A DNA stretch of 64,000 nt from an uncultured bacterium. Lineage in GTDB: Bacteria > Fidelibacterota > Marinisomatia > Marinisomatales > JAHJCW01. Each line of letters opens with the position of its first letter. Positions within the stretch are counted from its first letter, which is position 1. The notes below the pieces were generated by a model, which saw only the letters and a program-made list of their open reading frames with translations, searched no databases and had not been told where the DNA came from. Shown here piece after piece: positions 21,050-31,638 of the stretch. Location: the NCBI GenBank assembly GCA_964634215.1, contig CAZWKR010000010.1:42167-106166 (forward strand). Direction: 5' to 3'. Made by a program: the position numbers and the translations under genes.

Positions 21050-22114
21050 ATGTCTCGTAAAATAGTACATGTTGTTGGAACAGGAACAATTGGAGAACCG
21101 TTAATTGGATTGTTAGCTGATTATCGTGACCAATTAGGAATTGATGAAGTTACATTTAATAAGAACTCAGCTGTTAAGGGTGATTATTCAAAAATAAATG
21201 GATTGCTTAGAAGAGGTGCTAGATTATCTGTTGATGAAAGTAAAGTAAAAGAATTTAAAGAATTAGGAATGGATGCTGATTTTGAAACTGAAGAAGCTAT
21301 AAAAAGAGCATCGGTCGTAATTGATTGTACACCTAGTGGTATTGGTCATAAAAACAAAGAAAAGTACTATCATAAATTCGCCGATTCAGTCAAAGGATTT
21401 CTGGCGCAAGGAAGTGAGCATGGATTTGGTAAACAGTATGCTCGCGGTATAAACGACAAAGCTCTTAGCTCTGAAGATCAGTTTATTCAAATTGTAAGCT
21501 GTAATACACATAACTTATCATGTATAGTCAATACGTTAGGACTAAATGGTAAAAATGATAATTTAAAGGAAGGTCGATTTGTATGTATTCGTCGTGCAAA
21601 CGATATTAGTCAGCCAAGTAAATTTATACCGGCACCTCAGGTAAATTCGCACTTAACAGACAAATACGGTTCACATCACGCACAAGATGCTGCAGAATTA
21701 TTTCAAACGATGGACGTTGATCTTAATCTATTTTCTTCAGCGATGAAGGTGAATAGTCAGTATATGCATGTTATCTGGTTTAATCTTAAAGTTGAAGAGC
21801 CGACTAAATTGGATGATGTTAAAGATCAATTAAATAAAAATCCGCTTGTGGCGATGACTCAAAAAGATATTACAAGTACGGTCTTTTCATTTGGTAGAGA
21901 TCAAGGACATTATGGAAGAATATTAAATCAGACCGTAGTTGTGGAACAAACTTTAACGGTACGTAATGATCATGAAATTTCCGGATTTTGCTTCACACCA
22001 CAAGATGGTAATTCTATCTTGAGTAGTATAGCCGCAACGGAATGGTTTTTGTATCCTCACTCTTATGAAGATAAAATAATGTGTTTGTCTAATCTATTCT
22101 TCGACTACATTTGA
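21050..22114 (+). CDS. Archaeal type II GAPDH-like NAD(P)-dependent oxidoreductase
   Basis: GTGTIG Rossmann, VIDCTPSGIG, AQGSE, VSCNTH (catalytic Cys), RRAND, SHHAQD, in the motif order of archaeal GAPDH; strong RBS AAGGAGAAGG. Confidence 0.75.
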   Translation: MSRKIVHVVGTGTIGEPLIGLLADYRDQLGIDEVTFNKNSAVKGDYSKINGLLRRGARLSVDESKVKEFKELGMDADFETEEAIKRASVVIDCTPSGIGHKNKEKYYHKFADSVKGFLAQGSEHGFGKQYARGINDKALSSEDQFIQIVSCNTHNLSCIVNTLGLNGKNDNLKEGRFVCIRRANDISQPSKFIPAPQVNSHLTDKYGSHHAQDAAELFQTMDVDLNLFSSAMKVNSQYMHVIWFNLKVEEPTKLDDVKDQLNKNPLVAMTQKDITSTVFSFGRDQGHYGRILNQTVVVEQTLTVRNDHEISGFCFTPQDGNSILSSIAATEWFLYPHSYEDKIMCLSNLFFDYI

Positions 22115-22743
22115 AAATTAATATTCATAAGATAACAGCCGGACCGTTTCAAGAAAACGGTTATATTGTCCACAACGAGAGTAACATGGATTGTATAATT
22201 ATTGATCCGGGTGATAGTCCCGAGCAGTACATAAAGGTAATTGAAAATAATACCTTAAAGCCAATTGGAATTCTGAATACGCATGGACATATTGATCATG
22301 TCCATGCGGTTCAAACGCTTAAAGAGCATTATTCCATTCCATTTTATATTCATAAAGAAGAGAAGATGATCATAGAGCATTACCCGCAAGGATGTTTAAT
22401 GTATGGAATGATTCCAAATGAAACACCTGTGGTTGATCATTGGCTAGTTAAGGAAAATACTATTTCTGTAGGTGGTTATACTTTAAAGTTAATTCATACG
22501 CCCGGACATACTCCTGGCGGTGTTTGTTACCAGTTAAATGGTGACATTTTCACAGGAGATACATTATTTAAAGGATCAATCGGGAGAACCGATCTTCCCG
22601 GGGGTGATTATAATACATTAATGGATTCTCTTAAATCATTAATAAAAAACGTTCCTGTGAATACGAAAGTTCATTCAGGACACGGTTATAGTACCACAAT
22701 TGAAAATGAGATACAATCTAATCCATTTTTGGTAAATTTATGA
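22111..22743 (+). CDS. MBL-fold metallo-hydrolase (glyoxalase II-like)
   Basis: THGHIDH, TPGHTPG, FTGDTLF, GRTDLPGG, HSGHG. Confidence 0.9.
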   Translation: MKINIHKITAGPFQENGYIVHNESNMDCIIIDPGDSPEQYIKVIENNTLKPIGILNTHGHIDHVHAVQTLKEHYSIPFYIHKEEKMIIEHYPQGCLMYGMIPNETPVVDHWLVKENTISVGGYTLKLIHTPGHTPGGVCYQLNGDIFTGDTLFKGSIGRTDLPGGDYNTLMDSLKSLIKNVPVNTKVHSGHGYSTTIENEIQSNPFLVNL

Positions 22744-22753
22744 TGATGGAAAA

Positions 22754-23701
22754 ATGAAAGTAACTGAACATTTTAAAAGATCAAAGAAAACATTATTTAG
22801 TTATGAGATAATTCCACCCAAACGTGGTAGGAGTATTGATAGCGTATTTGAGTTAATTGAACAGTTACTTCCCTATGAGCCACCATTTATTGATCTAACT
22901 AGTAGGTCTGCGGAGGTATATTATGAAGAGCTCGAAGATGGTGCGTTGCGAAGACATGCTAAACGAAAGCGACCTGGTACAATCGGGTTAAGCGCTGCTA
23001 TTAAAAATAGATATGATGTTGAAACAGTGCCCCATATCCTTTGTAAAGGTTTTACAAAGGAGGAAACTGAAGACGCTCTAATAGAATTAAATTTTTTAGG
23101 AATTAACAACATTTTGGCTGTGCAAGGTGATGAATTACGTCTAATGTCTCACAACAAAACGGGTAAGACACACAATTTTTTTGCATCAGATTTGGTAAAG
23201 CAAATTAGAGATATGAATTCTGGACAATATTTAGAGGAATTGACCGGAGCCTCGCCAACTGATTTTTGCATCGGTGTGGCAGGATACCCCGAAAAACATT
23301 TGGAAGCTCCGAATCTTGAAAGTGATTTAAAATATTTAAAACAAAAGGTTGATGCTGGAGCAGATTATATCGTAACGCAAATGGGTTTTGATAATAAAAA
23401 ATATTTTGATTTTGTCGATCATTGTAGAGCTGTCGGAATAAATATTCCGATAATACCTGGTATCAAGATAATTACTCGTGAAAATCACCTAAAAACGATT
23501 CCTAGAATTTTTCATATTGATATTCCCAAGGACCTCTCAGAAAAAATAGAAGGATTCTCGAAAGAAAAAATATACCAAGTTGGTGTAGATTGGTCTATTA
23601 AACAATGTAGAGAATTAATCGATGCTAAAGTTCCATGTATACATTTTTATATTATGAATACTGCACAAGAAGTAGCAGAAGTCGTTTCAACCATAAAATA
23701 A
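22754..23701 (+). CDS. metF: Methylenetetrahydrofolate reductase
   Basis: FSYEIIPPK, VPHILC, GVAGYPEKH, KVDAGADYIVTQ, IHFY. Confidence 0.92.
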   Translation: MKVTEHFKRSKKTLFSYEIIPPKRGRSIDSVFELIEQLLPYEPPFIDLTSRSAEVYYEELEDGALRRHAKRKRPGTIGLSAAIKNRYDVETVPHILCKGFTKEETEDALIELNFLGINNILAVQGDELRLMSHNKTGKTHNFFASDLVKQIRDMNSGQYLEELTGASPTDFCIGVAGYPEKHLEAPNLESDLKYLKQKVDAGADYIVTQMGFDNKKYFDFVDHCRAVGINIPIIPGIKIITRENHLKTIPRIFHIDIPKDLSEKIEGFSKEKIYQVGVDWSIKQCRELIDAKVPCIHFYIMNTAQEVAEVVSTIK

Positions 23702-23714
23702 ATTCCATTTAATT

Positions 23715-25091
23715 GTGACTCAAGACCGAGAATTAAAGTCTCGTATTATTAATCATTTAGTTGAATCAAATTTGATAAAACCAAATGATAAAATAATTGT
23801 AGCCGTGTCTGGTGGTATGGATTCAATGTTCCTACTTTCCATATTAATTGAATTGCAGAAAATATGGGATATTGATCTAGCAATCGGTCATATTAATCAC
23901 AATATACGTTTCAATTCATTAGCTGATGAAAATTTTGTTATTAAACAGGGTGAAAAACTAGATATCACGACAGTAGTAAAACGACTAAACTATAATGAAA
24001 AAAAATCGGGTGAAAGTACCGAAGCATGGGCAAGAAATAATCGTTATGCTCAACTTGAATTAATTAGAAAAGAACTCAATTATGATAAAATTGCTACGGG
24101 GCATCACAGTAATGATCAAATAGAAACCATATTACAGAGAATGAGTGAAAAATCGGGAATTGGTGGATTTAGAGGAATTCATAAGCAGCGCAGTAAAATA
24201 ATTCGTCCTGTATTAACGATATCAAAATCTGATATAGAAAAAGTTGCGAATGAGTTACAAATAAAACATGTGGATGATGAGACAAATAAAAATTTAGAGA
24301 TTCCAAGGAATTATTTTCGCCATCAAGTAATTCCACAATGGGAATCATTTTATCCCAATTTAGGTAATGCAATTCAATCTATTTGCGAGTCTGCAAATGA
24401 TAGCCAATTCGTAACTGACTATTTTACTGAAGAACTAGTGAGTAAAATTGTAACTGATGATAAGGACACATCATCCAATAAAATAATTAAAAGAATTAAG
24501 CTTGACGGTTTTGAAAAATTACCTGAGCTGGTAAAAGTATTGCTGATTAAACATATATTAGGAAAATATCCATGGCGAAAATATCAATGGAATGAGATTG
24601 CGCAAATATTAAAATCTGCTAAAATTGGAAAAGTATATAGTTTTGCTGATTTTGAAATATTAAAAGACAGACAAGAATGGTTAATTCGCCATAAATTAAA
24701 AGTTAACCTGAAGCCAATAAATATTCAATTAAATACAGCAGTACATTGTGGTGAATTTGTATTTAACATTAGAGAAGTAAATAAATATTCAATTATGGAT
24801 ACTCCGAATGTTGAAATTATCGACGGGATATCGATTGTTAACAAAAAATTAAAGCTTAGACTTTGGAGCGAGGGTGATATATTTCAACCGTTAGGTATGA
24901 TGGGGAATAAAAAGATAAGTGATTTTTTAACAGATGAAAAAGTCAATCAATTTGATAAGGAAAATCAGTTGGTTTTAACAGCTGACGACAACATAATTTG
25001 GTTGTGCGGTCGTAGAATAAGTGAAACTGTTAAAATTAATAAAGATACAAAGGATTATTTGGAACTTTCAATAATGACAAAAGTAGGTTGA
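23715..25091 (+). CDS. tilS: tRNA(Ile)-lysidine synthetase
   Basis: AVSGGMDS PP-loop, HINH, TGHHSNDQIET, C-terminal QPLGM..KKISD domain. Confidence 0.93.
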   Translation: MTQDRELKSRIINHLVESNLIKPNDKIIVAVSGGMDSMFLLSILIELQKIWDIDLAIGHINHNIRFNSLADENFVIKQGEKLDITTVVKRLNYNEKKSGESTEAWARNNRYAQLELIRKELNYDKIATGHHSNDQIETILQRMSEKSGIGGFRGIHKQRSKIIRPVLTISKSDIEKVANELQIKHVDDETNKNLEIPRNYFRHQVIPQWESFYPNLGNAIQSICESANDSQFVTDYFTEELVSKIVTDDKDTSSNKIIKRIKLDGFEKLPELVKVLLIKHILGKYPWRKYQWNEIAQILKSAKIGKVYSFADFEILKDRQEWLIRHKLKVNLKPINIQLNTAVHCGEFVFNIREVNKYSIMDTPNVEIIDGISIVNKKLKLRLWSEGDIFQPLGMMGNKKISDFLTDEKVNQFDKENQLVLTADDNIIWLCGRRISETVKINKDTKDYLELSIMTKVG

Positions 25092-25621
25092 ATATGATTA
25101 AATATGGATATAAAATGTCAACTTTAATTTCTGACGATAAAATACAGTCTAGAATTAAAGAAATAGCAGAGAATCTTTCAAATAAATTTGAAGATGAAAT
25201 TCCTATTCTAATTGGAGTGTTGAATGGAAGTTTTATTTTTATGTCTGATCTTATGCGTCAGATGACAATTGATTGTGAAATGGATTTTATTAAGTTGTCC
25301 TCATATGCAGGTAAAGAATCAGTTGGAACTGTCACTTTGCTAAAAGATATTTCAGCGAATATTACCGGAAGACATGTAATTATAGTTGAAGATATTATTG
25401 ATTCAGGCTTGACAATCAAATTTTTACGCGACCGTTTACAGGGCGCAAAACCAAAATCAGTCACTATTGTAACATTATTATTAAAACCGGAGATCGCAAA
25501 TTTAGATTTTAAAGTTGATTATGTTGGATTCGAAATTCCACCGGAATTTGTTGTGGGATATGGATTGGATTATAATCAAAAATTGCGTCATTTGCCGGAA
25601 ATTTATCGAATAGAAGAGTAA
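25088..25621 (+). CDS. hpt: Hypoxanthine phosphoribosyltransferase
   Basis: GVLNGS, IVEDIIDSGLT, FVVGYGLDY; start may be ATG 25094 or later. Confidence 0.95.
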   Translation: MNMIKYGYKMSTLISDDKIQSRIKEIAENLSNKFEDEIPILIGVLNGSFIFMSDLMRQMTIDCEMDFIKLSSYAGKESVGTVTLLKDISANITGRHVIIVEDIIDSGLTIKFLRDRLQGAKPKSVTIVTLLLKPEIANLDFKVDYVGFEIPPEFVVGYGLDYNQKLRHLPEIYRIEE

Positions 25622-25623
25622 TT

Positions 25624-27702
25624 ATGGCAACTAAAAATTCCAATACAAATTTGGACAAACCACAGAATAAAAAACCCGATACTTCTGGGAAGAAACCTAT
25701 TGATCCAAAATCCATTTTTCAATGGAAGAAAGCAGGAAAAACATCCCTAGTATGGCTATTAATCATTGTTGGAGCAATTATAATTTCTGGAATTTTTACA
25801 AACTCAAGTAAAAAAGAAATCGAAGTTGAATATTTTCAATATCAAGAATATTTGAAAAATGGTCAAATAGAAAAAGGAACCATTATTGAAAATATCTTTC
25901 ATGGTGAGTTTAAAATTCCTCAAGATATAAATACAAATTACGGTACGATTGAAAATGCAGAACGATTTTTCGTTTCATTGCCATTATTGGATCGCGAAAC
26001 AATGATAGAATGGGACAATTATAATTTAGAATATAACTTTAAAGAAAAAACTGCTGATTGGTCAAGTTATTTAATTAATATGCTACCATGGATCGTGCTA
26101 ATTGGATTTTGGATATTTATTATGCGTCGTATGCAAGGTGGTTCTGGTGGTGGTATGAAAAATGTATTCAATTTTGGAAAAAGTCGTGCTACAGCGATGA
26201 CTACTAATTTACCTAAAGTAACGTTTTCTGATGTTGCCGGATGTGTAGAAGCCAAAGAAGAATTGAATGAAATAATTGATTTTTTAAAACATCCTAAACG
26301 TCTTCAGAGATTAGGTGCTGAAATTCCAAAAGGGGTATTATTGTTAGGAGCACCCGGTACAGGTAAAACATTATTAGCCAGGGCTGTCGCTGGTGAAGCG
26401 GGAGTTCCATTTTTTAGTTTGAGTGGTGCGGATTTTGTAGAGATGTTTGTTGGTGTTGGAGCATCTCGTGTGAGAGATTTATTTGACCAAGGTAAAAAAC
26501 AGGCTCCCTGTATAATATTTATTGATGAATTGGACGCTGTGGGTCGTCAAAGGGGGGCAGGTTTAGGCGGTGGTCACGACGAAAGAGAGCAAACTCTCAA
26601 TGCATTATTAGTTGAATTAGACGGTTTTGAAAAGAATGCTAACGTAATTGTTATGGCGGCAACTAACCGTCCGGATGTGTTAGATAAAGCATTATTACGA
26701 CCAGGAAGATTTGATCGACAAGTTGTAGTTGACGTTCCTGACTATTTAGGTAGACTTGGGATACTCCGAGTTCACACAAAGAAAATAATTTTAAATAAAC
26801 GTAAAGTTGATTTAAAATCGCTTGCTAAAGGAACACCGGGCTTAGTTGGCGCTGATTTAGCAAATATAGTTAATGAAGCGGCACTATTAGCAGCACGGAA
26901 GAAAAAGAAAGCAGTCGATATGGATGATTTAGAGGACGCCAGAGACAAAGTCATGATGGGAGTCCAACGAAAAAGTGTAATTTTATCTGAAGAAGAGAAA
27001 AAATTAACAGCATATCATGAAGCAGGTCATGCTTTGGTTGCTTCAAAAATTGAGGGAGCCGATCCGGTACACAAAGTAACAATCATTCCACGTGGACAAG
27101 CTTTAGGATTAACAATGCAATTACCGCTTGATGAAAAACATGGATATTCTAAAAAGTATGTAGAAGGCCGCTTAACGATTTTACTAGGTGGCAGAGCTGC
27201 CGAAAGAAAGATTTTCAATGAACTTACTACTGGAGCTGGTAACGATATCGAACAAGCTACCGCAATTGCAAAAAAAATGGTATGTGAGTGGGGCATGAGC
27301 GATTTACTTGGTCCCATGACCTTTGGAAAACAGAATGAAGAAATTTTCCTTGGACGTGAAATTCAATCGCATCGCGATTATAGCGAAGCCACTGCAAGAA
27401 TGATTGATGAAGAATTAGTCAAGATTATTCGAACTGCACAAAAAAGAGCACGTACGATACTTGATGAACACGAGAAAATATTACATTTAATGGCAGAAGA
27501 ATTAATTAAACACGAAACGATTGATGAAGCTGATATGAGACGGATATTATCAGGTAAAAAAGTGTTTCGACGTAAAAATAATGAACAGCAAACAGCAAGC
27601 AAAACAAGTCCGACTGCGAGCAGAAAAATTAAAAAATCGGCGACACCAACAAAAAAACTAATAATAAAAAGTAAACCCAGGGTCAAAACTCCGTCTTCCT
27701 AA
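25624..27702 (+). CDS. ftsH: ATP-dependent zinc metalloprotease FtsH
   Basis: Two TM helices, Walker A GAPGTGKT, Walker B IFIDE, RPGRFDR, HEAGH. Confidence 0.97.
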   Translation: MATKNSNTNLDKPQNKKPDTSGKKPIDPKSIFQWKKAGKTSLVWLLIIVGAIIISGIFTNSSKKEIEVEYFQYQEYLKNGQIEKGTIIENIFHGEFKIPQDINTNYGTIENAERFFVSLPLLDRETMIEWDNYNLEYNFKEKTADWSSYLINMLPWIVLIGFWIFIMRRMQGGSGGGMKNVFNFGKSRATAMTTNLPKVTFSDVAGCVEAKEELNEIIDFLKHPKRLQRLGAEIPKGVLLLGAPGTGKTLLARAVAGEAGVPFFSLSGADFVEMFVGVGASRVRDLFDQGKKQAPCIIFIDELDAVGRQRGAGLGGGHDEREQTLNALLVELDGFEKNANVIVMAATNRPDVLDKALLRPGRFDRQVVVDVPDYLGRLGILRVHTKKIILNKRKVDLKSLAKGTPGLVGADLANIVNEAALLAARKKKKAVDMDDLEDARDKVMMGVQRKSVILSEEEKKLTAYHEAGHALVASKIEGADPVHKVTIIPRGQALGLTMQLPLDEKHGYSKKYVEGRLTILLGGRAAERKIFNELTTGAGNDIEQATAIAKKMVCEWGMSDLLGPMTFGKQNEEIFLGREIQSHRDYSEATARMIDEELVKIIRTAQKRARTILDEHEKILHLMAEELIKHETIDEADMRRILSGKKVFRRKNNEQQTASKTSPTASRKIKKSATPTKKLIIKSKPRVKTPSS

Positions 27703-27742
27703 TCTAAATTTAATGTAATTTGTAGGAGTATTATACTACACC

Positions 27743-28582
27743 ATGAAAATTGATAGTTTTAATACTTGGTTAAAGGATGATAACCGAAAAACATTGATTA
27801 TGGGTATTCTGAATGTCACACCTGATTCATTTAGTGATGGCGGACAGTTTAATAATTCTCAAAAAGCAGTTAATTATGCACTGAAGATGGAAGACGAGGG
27901 TGCAGATATTATCGATATTGGTGGAGAATCAACCCGACCGGGGGCAAAACCAGTTGCTATTGAAGAAGAATTAATTCGAGTGATTCCGGTTATAAGAGGT
28001 ATTAGAAAAAAATCAAATATTACTATTTCAATTGATACTTATAAATCAACTGTGGCTGATAAAGCAATTACCGCTGGAGCCAATGTTATTAATGATATAA
28101 GTGGATTGCGATTTGATAAGGACATGATTCAATTGGCGAATAAATTGCAAGTACCAATAATTATAATGCATATGTTAGGTAATCCTCAAAATATGCAGAA
28201 TGAACCTTTATATACTGATCTAATTGAAGAATTAATTTTATTTTTTGAGGAAAGAGTTGAAATAATTACGTCCAATGGAATTTTGAAAAATAAAATAATA
28301 CTAGATCCCGGCATTGGCTTTGGAAAAACGGTTAGTCATAATTTTACAATAATACGTGAGCTCAATCGAATTGCGGAATTAGGGTTTCCTATATTAGTTG
28401 GACCATCGCGTAAATCATTTATTGGGAATATGTTAAATTTACCATCTGAAGAAAGGATTGAGGGAACTGGCGCAGCTGTAACAGCTGCGATAATGAATGG
28501 TTCTCGTATAGTGCGCATCCATGATGTAAAAGAAATGTTGCGTGTCGTTAAGATAACTGAACAAATCTGTGGTATTACATAA
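27743..28582 (+). CDS. folP: Dihydropteroate synthase
   Basis: MGILNVTPDSFSDGG, GGESTRPG, DPGIGFGK, SRKSF. Confidence 0.96.
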   Translation: MKIDSFNTWLKDDNRKTLIMGILNVTPDSFSDGGQFNNSQKAVNYALKMEDEGADIIDIGGESTRPGAKPVAIEEELIRVIPVIRGIRKKSNITISIDTYKSTVADKAITAGANVINDISGLRFDKDMIQLANKLQVPIIIMHMLGNPQNMQNEPLYTDLIEELILFFEERVEIITSNGILKNKIILDPGIGFGKTVSHNFTIIRELNRIAELGFPILVGPSRKSFIGNMLNLPSEERIEGTGAAVTAAIMNGSRIVRIHDVKEMLRVVKITEQICGIT

Positions 28583-28664
28583 TATTTATGAGTTTGGAAT
28601 TACGATAATATTGGTGTAAAATAACAAATTAGAGAATAAATAATAAACTATAAGAATTATACAA

Positions 28665-29441
28665 ATGGAATTATTTAAAATAGGATTTTTAACAGTTACA
28701 ATTGTAGATATAATTGACTTATTGCTGGTAAGTTGGTTGTTCTACAAAGTATACCAATATTTTAAAGGTACTCGCGCCGGTCAAATGTTGGTTGGACTTA
28801 TAATTCTATTGATTGCATCATTTGTTTTTAATTCTTTTGGTTTTTCAGCAACATCCTGGTTAGTGAATCAATTTGAAACAGTTTGGGTTGTCGCATTTGT
28901 AATATTATTTCAACCTGAAATTCGCAGAATGCTTATATACATTGGACAAAACCGATTTTTTCGTTCAATATTTCGGGTTGATTCAGCAAAATCCATTGAA
29001 GCAATAGTTGATGCAACCAATCAAATAATTGATAGAGGATGGGGAGCATTAATCGTATTCCAAAGAGAGACTGGTCTCAGAATGTACAAGGAGGCTGGAA
29101 TGCCTCTAAGAGCTGAAGTAACAGCACCACTCGTCATCTCGATTTTTAATCCAACTTCACCCATGCATGATGGAGCGATAATTGTTCAGAATGAAATTAT
29201 TGAAGCTGCAGCATGCATTTTGCCACTCACCGAAAGTACAATGGTTGATCCAGAGATGGGCACAAGACATCGAGCGGCATTGGGTCTATCAGAAGAAACT
29301 GATGCGTTAATAGTGGTAATATCTGAGGAAACACATCGTATATCTGTCGCCGAAAACGGTCGTCTTATAAATCTAGGTCAAGATGAGATGGCATTACGGC
29401 GTTTCTTAAATGATCGCTTATTTATGTCATCCGGCGATTAA
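28665..29441 (+). CDS. cdaA: Diadenylate cyclase (CdaA/DacA)
   Basis: Three N-terminal TM helices, FQPEIRR, HDGA and RHRAA catalytic motifs. Confidence 0.92.
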   Translation: MELFKIGFLTVTIVDIIDLLLVSWLFYKVYQYFKGTRAGQMLVGLIILLIASFVFNSFGFSATSWLVNQFETVWVVAFVILFQPEIRRMLIYIGQNRFFRSIFRVDSAKSIEAIVDATNQIIDRGWGALIVFQRETGLRMYKEAGMPLRAEVTAPLVISIFNPTSPMHDGAIIVQNEIIEAAACILPLTESTMVDPEMGTRHRAALGLSEETDALIVVISEETHRISVAENGRLINLGQDEMALRRFLNDRLFMSSGD

Positions 29442-29496
29442 GTAAATCTAAAAAGTGAATGATTATTGCTGATGCTGTTTTAATTACAATAACAAA

Positions 29497-30501
29497 GTGA
29501 AAAAGTATCTAACAGTCTTTGTTTTGTTTTTCTCAATTTTGTTAAGTCAAGAAACAAGTTATGGAGATGCATTTTTAAATATTGGTGCTTCTTCTCGTTC
29601 TGTGGCTTTAGGAAGATCAGTTGTAGCTCTACCACAAAATGCTGGAGGATATTTAGTTAACCCTGCCGCAACAGCATTCTTGTCAAACAATACTATTACA
29701 GGTATGTATGTGAATCAATTTGAATTATCTGAGTATTACACTTTGGGTCTTTCTCATCCAACAAAAAATGGTTACCAGTGGGGCATATATGGTTTAAATT
29801 TCTCAGTAAACAATATATTTGAACGACCTGAAGTAATAAATATTGCAGACTTAGAAACCAGAAGAGATTCTATTAGATCTTTAGTGGCGCAAGGGTTTAA
29901 TTCATTTAGCACTCGCGAGTCAGCTTTAATAATTAACTTATCTAAAAATGCAAAATACAATCTTGATATCGGACGGGGATTGACTGAGATTCCGTTAAAA
30001 ATTCCCATTGGGATTAATATTAAATTATTACAGAAGGATTTTTATCAAGTTGATGGAACCGGAATTGGTGTTGATATGGGTGGGATGGTTTTAATAAACT
30101 TAGAACATATATTTATATATGAATGGTTAGACGAGTTTACCTTTGGTATGTCGCTAAACAATATAGTGAATACAAGAATGTATTGGAGCTCAGGGGAAAG
30201 AGAGGATATACCAATGCAATTAATTGCCGGTATAAGTTATACTCAAACATTTGATCATCTTCCAATAAAATATACGCTGTTACTACAGAAGAACTCATTA
30301 TATACTAGTGAGATGCAATATGGTGCTGAGTTAACGTTGTTTAATGTGGTAAATGTGCGAGGTGGTTTTAACTACGGCTATTTGCAAGGTGGAATTGGGT
30401 TGACATTTGGTAATATGAATTACTCCTTTGGTCTCGATTACAGTTTTTCAAATCATGACTTAGGAAATGCACATCGTATTGGTGGTACAATATATCTCTA
30501 A
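29497..30501 (+). CDS. PorV/PorQ-like outer-membrane beta-barrel protein
   Basis: Signal peptide, AFLNIGASSRSVALG...NPAA N-terminal signature, amphipathic strands, C-terminal HRIG. Confidence 0.6.
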   Translation: MKKYLTVFVLFFSILLSQETSYGDAFLNIGASSRSVALGRSVVALPQNAGGYLVNPAATAFLSNNTITGMYVNQFELSEYYTLGLSHPTKNGYQWGIYGLNFSVNNIFERPEVINIADLETRRDSIRSLVAQGFNSFSTRESALIINLSKNAKYNLDIGRGLTEIPLKIPIGINIKLLQKDFYQVDGTGIGVDMGGMVLINLEHIFIYEWLDEFTFGMSLNNIVNTRMYWSSGEREDIPMQLIAGISYTQTFDHLPIKYTLLLQKNSLYTSEMQYGAELTLFNVVNVRGGFNYGYLQGGIGLTFGNMNYSFGLDYSFSNHDLGNAHRIGGTIYL

Positions 30502-30520
30502 ATCTTATTAATTTTGGGTA

Positions 30521-31619
30521 ATGAATATAAACGAATTAAAAGACCGGTTTAGTAAAACAGAGTTAAAATATAATGAATTACGGGGGCATCTTTGACTTTG
30601 AGTCTAAGGAATCAACTTTAGCAAAACTGCGCAATGAATCAATTGCATCCGATTTTTGGAACGATAGTAATAAAGCATCTACCACCCTTAAGAAAATCTC
30701 ACTTATAGAAAAAGAAATAGAGCTTTGGCAAGATTTTGAACGTCGTCATGGTGATTTAGAAGTATTATTTGAATTTGCGGAATCCGATGAAGTATCAGAA
30801 TCAGAAATTGATGTGGAACTAACTAAATATGAAACCGCAATAGGAAATGTTGAATTAAAATTGAAACTTAGCGGTGAACTAGATACATCTAATGCAATAT
30901 TGACTATACATCCCGGGGCAGGTGGAACAGAGAGTCAAGATTGGGCAGATATGTTGTACCGCTTATATTCGCGATGGATCGAAAGAAAAGATTTTGAAAA
31001 AAGAATTATAGACTATCAACCAGGTGATGAAGCAGGTATTAAAGATATCACAATGGAAGTACACGGTGACTATGCATATGGATTATTGAAAGCAGAAGCA
31101 GGCGTACATCGCTTAGTTAGAATTTCGCCGTTCGATGCAAACAGTCGAAGACATACGTCATTTGCATCTGTATTTGTTTATCCATTATCTGACGAAGAAA
31201 TCGAAATTGACATGAATCCGTCAGATTTGCGTATCGATACCTACCGTGCTAGCGGAGCAGGAGGACAGCATGTAAATCGTACAGACTCTGCAGTACGTAT
31301 TACACATGTTCCGACTGGAACCGTTGCGCAATGTCAAAATGAACGCTCTCAGCACAAAAATAAGGCGCAAGCGATGAAAGTATTAAAAGCGCGTTTATTG
31401 CAGTTGGAATTGGAGAAGGAAAAAGAGGCGAACAAAGAACTTGAAGATCAAAAAATGGATATTGGTTGGGGCAGCCAAATTCGGTCTTACGTATTCCATC
31501 CGTATAACATGGTTAAGGATCATCGTACTAAATTTGAAACCGGTAATGTCCAAGCTGTAATGGATGGTGATATTGACCAATTCATCCAAGCGTGGCTGAT
31601 ACAACAAATAAATAATTAA
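30521..31619 (+). CDS. prfB: Peptide chain release factor 2 (programmed +1 frameshift)
   Basis: ORF1 30521-30592 (MNINELKDRFSKTELKYNELRGHL) ends CTT-TGA-C; +1 frame continues DFESKE; SPF and GGQ motifs. Confidence 0.95.
30581..30596 (+). promoter_or_regulatory. RF2 autoregulatory frameshift site
   Basis: CGGGGG-CAT-CTT-TGA-C: internal SD-like element 3 nt before the slippery CTT TGA C. Confidence 0.92.
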
Positions 31620-31638
31620 TGATTTATAAGGAATTCTG

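Noticed and set aside
13540..23701. Cobalamin or SAM riboswitch near pduO, the mutase or metF
   Set aside because: Intergenic gaps are too short and no conserved riboswitch core was seen
30573..31619. ORF-track start for RF2 at 30573, or prfB as a pseudogene
   Set aside because: Explained by the programmed frameshift from the ORF starting at 30521
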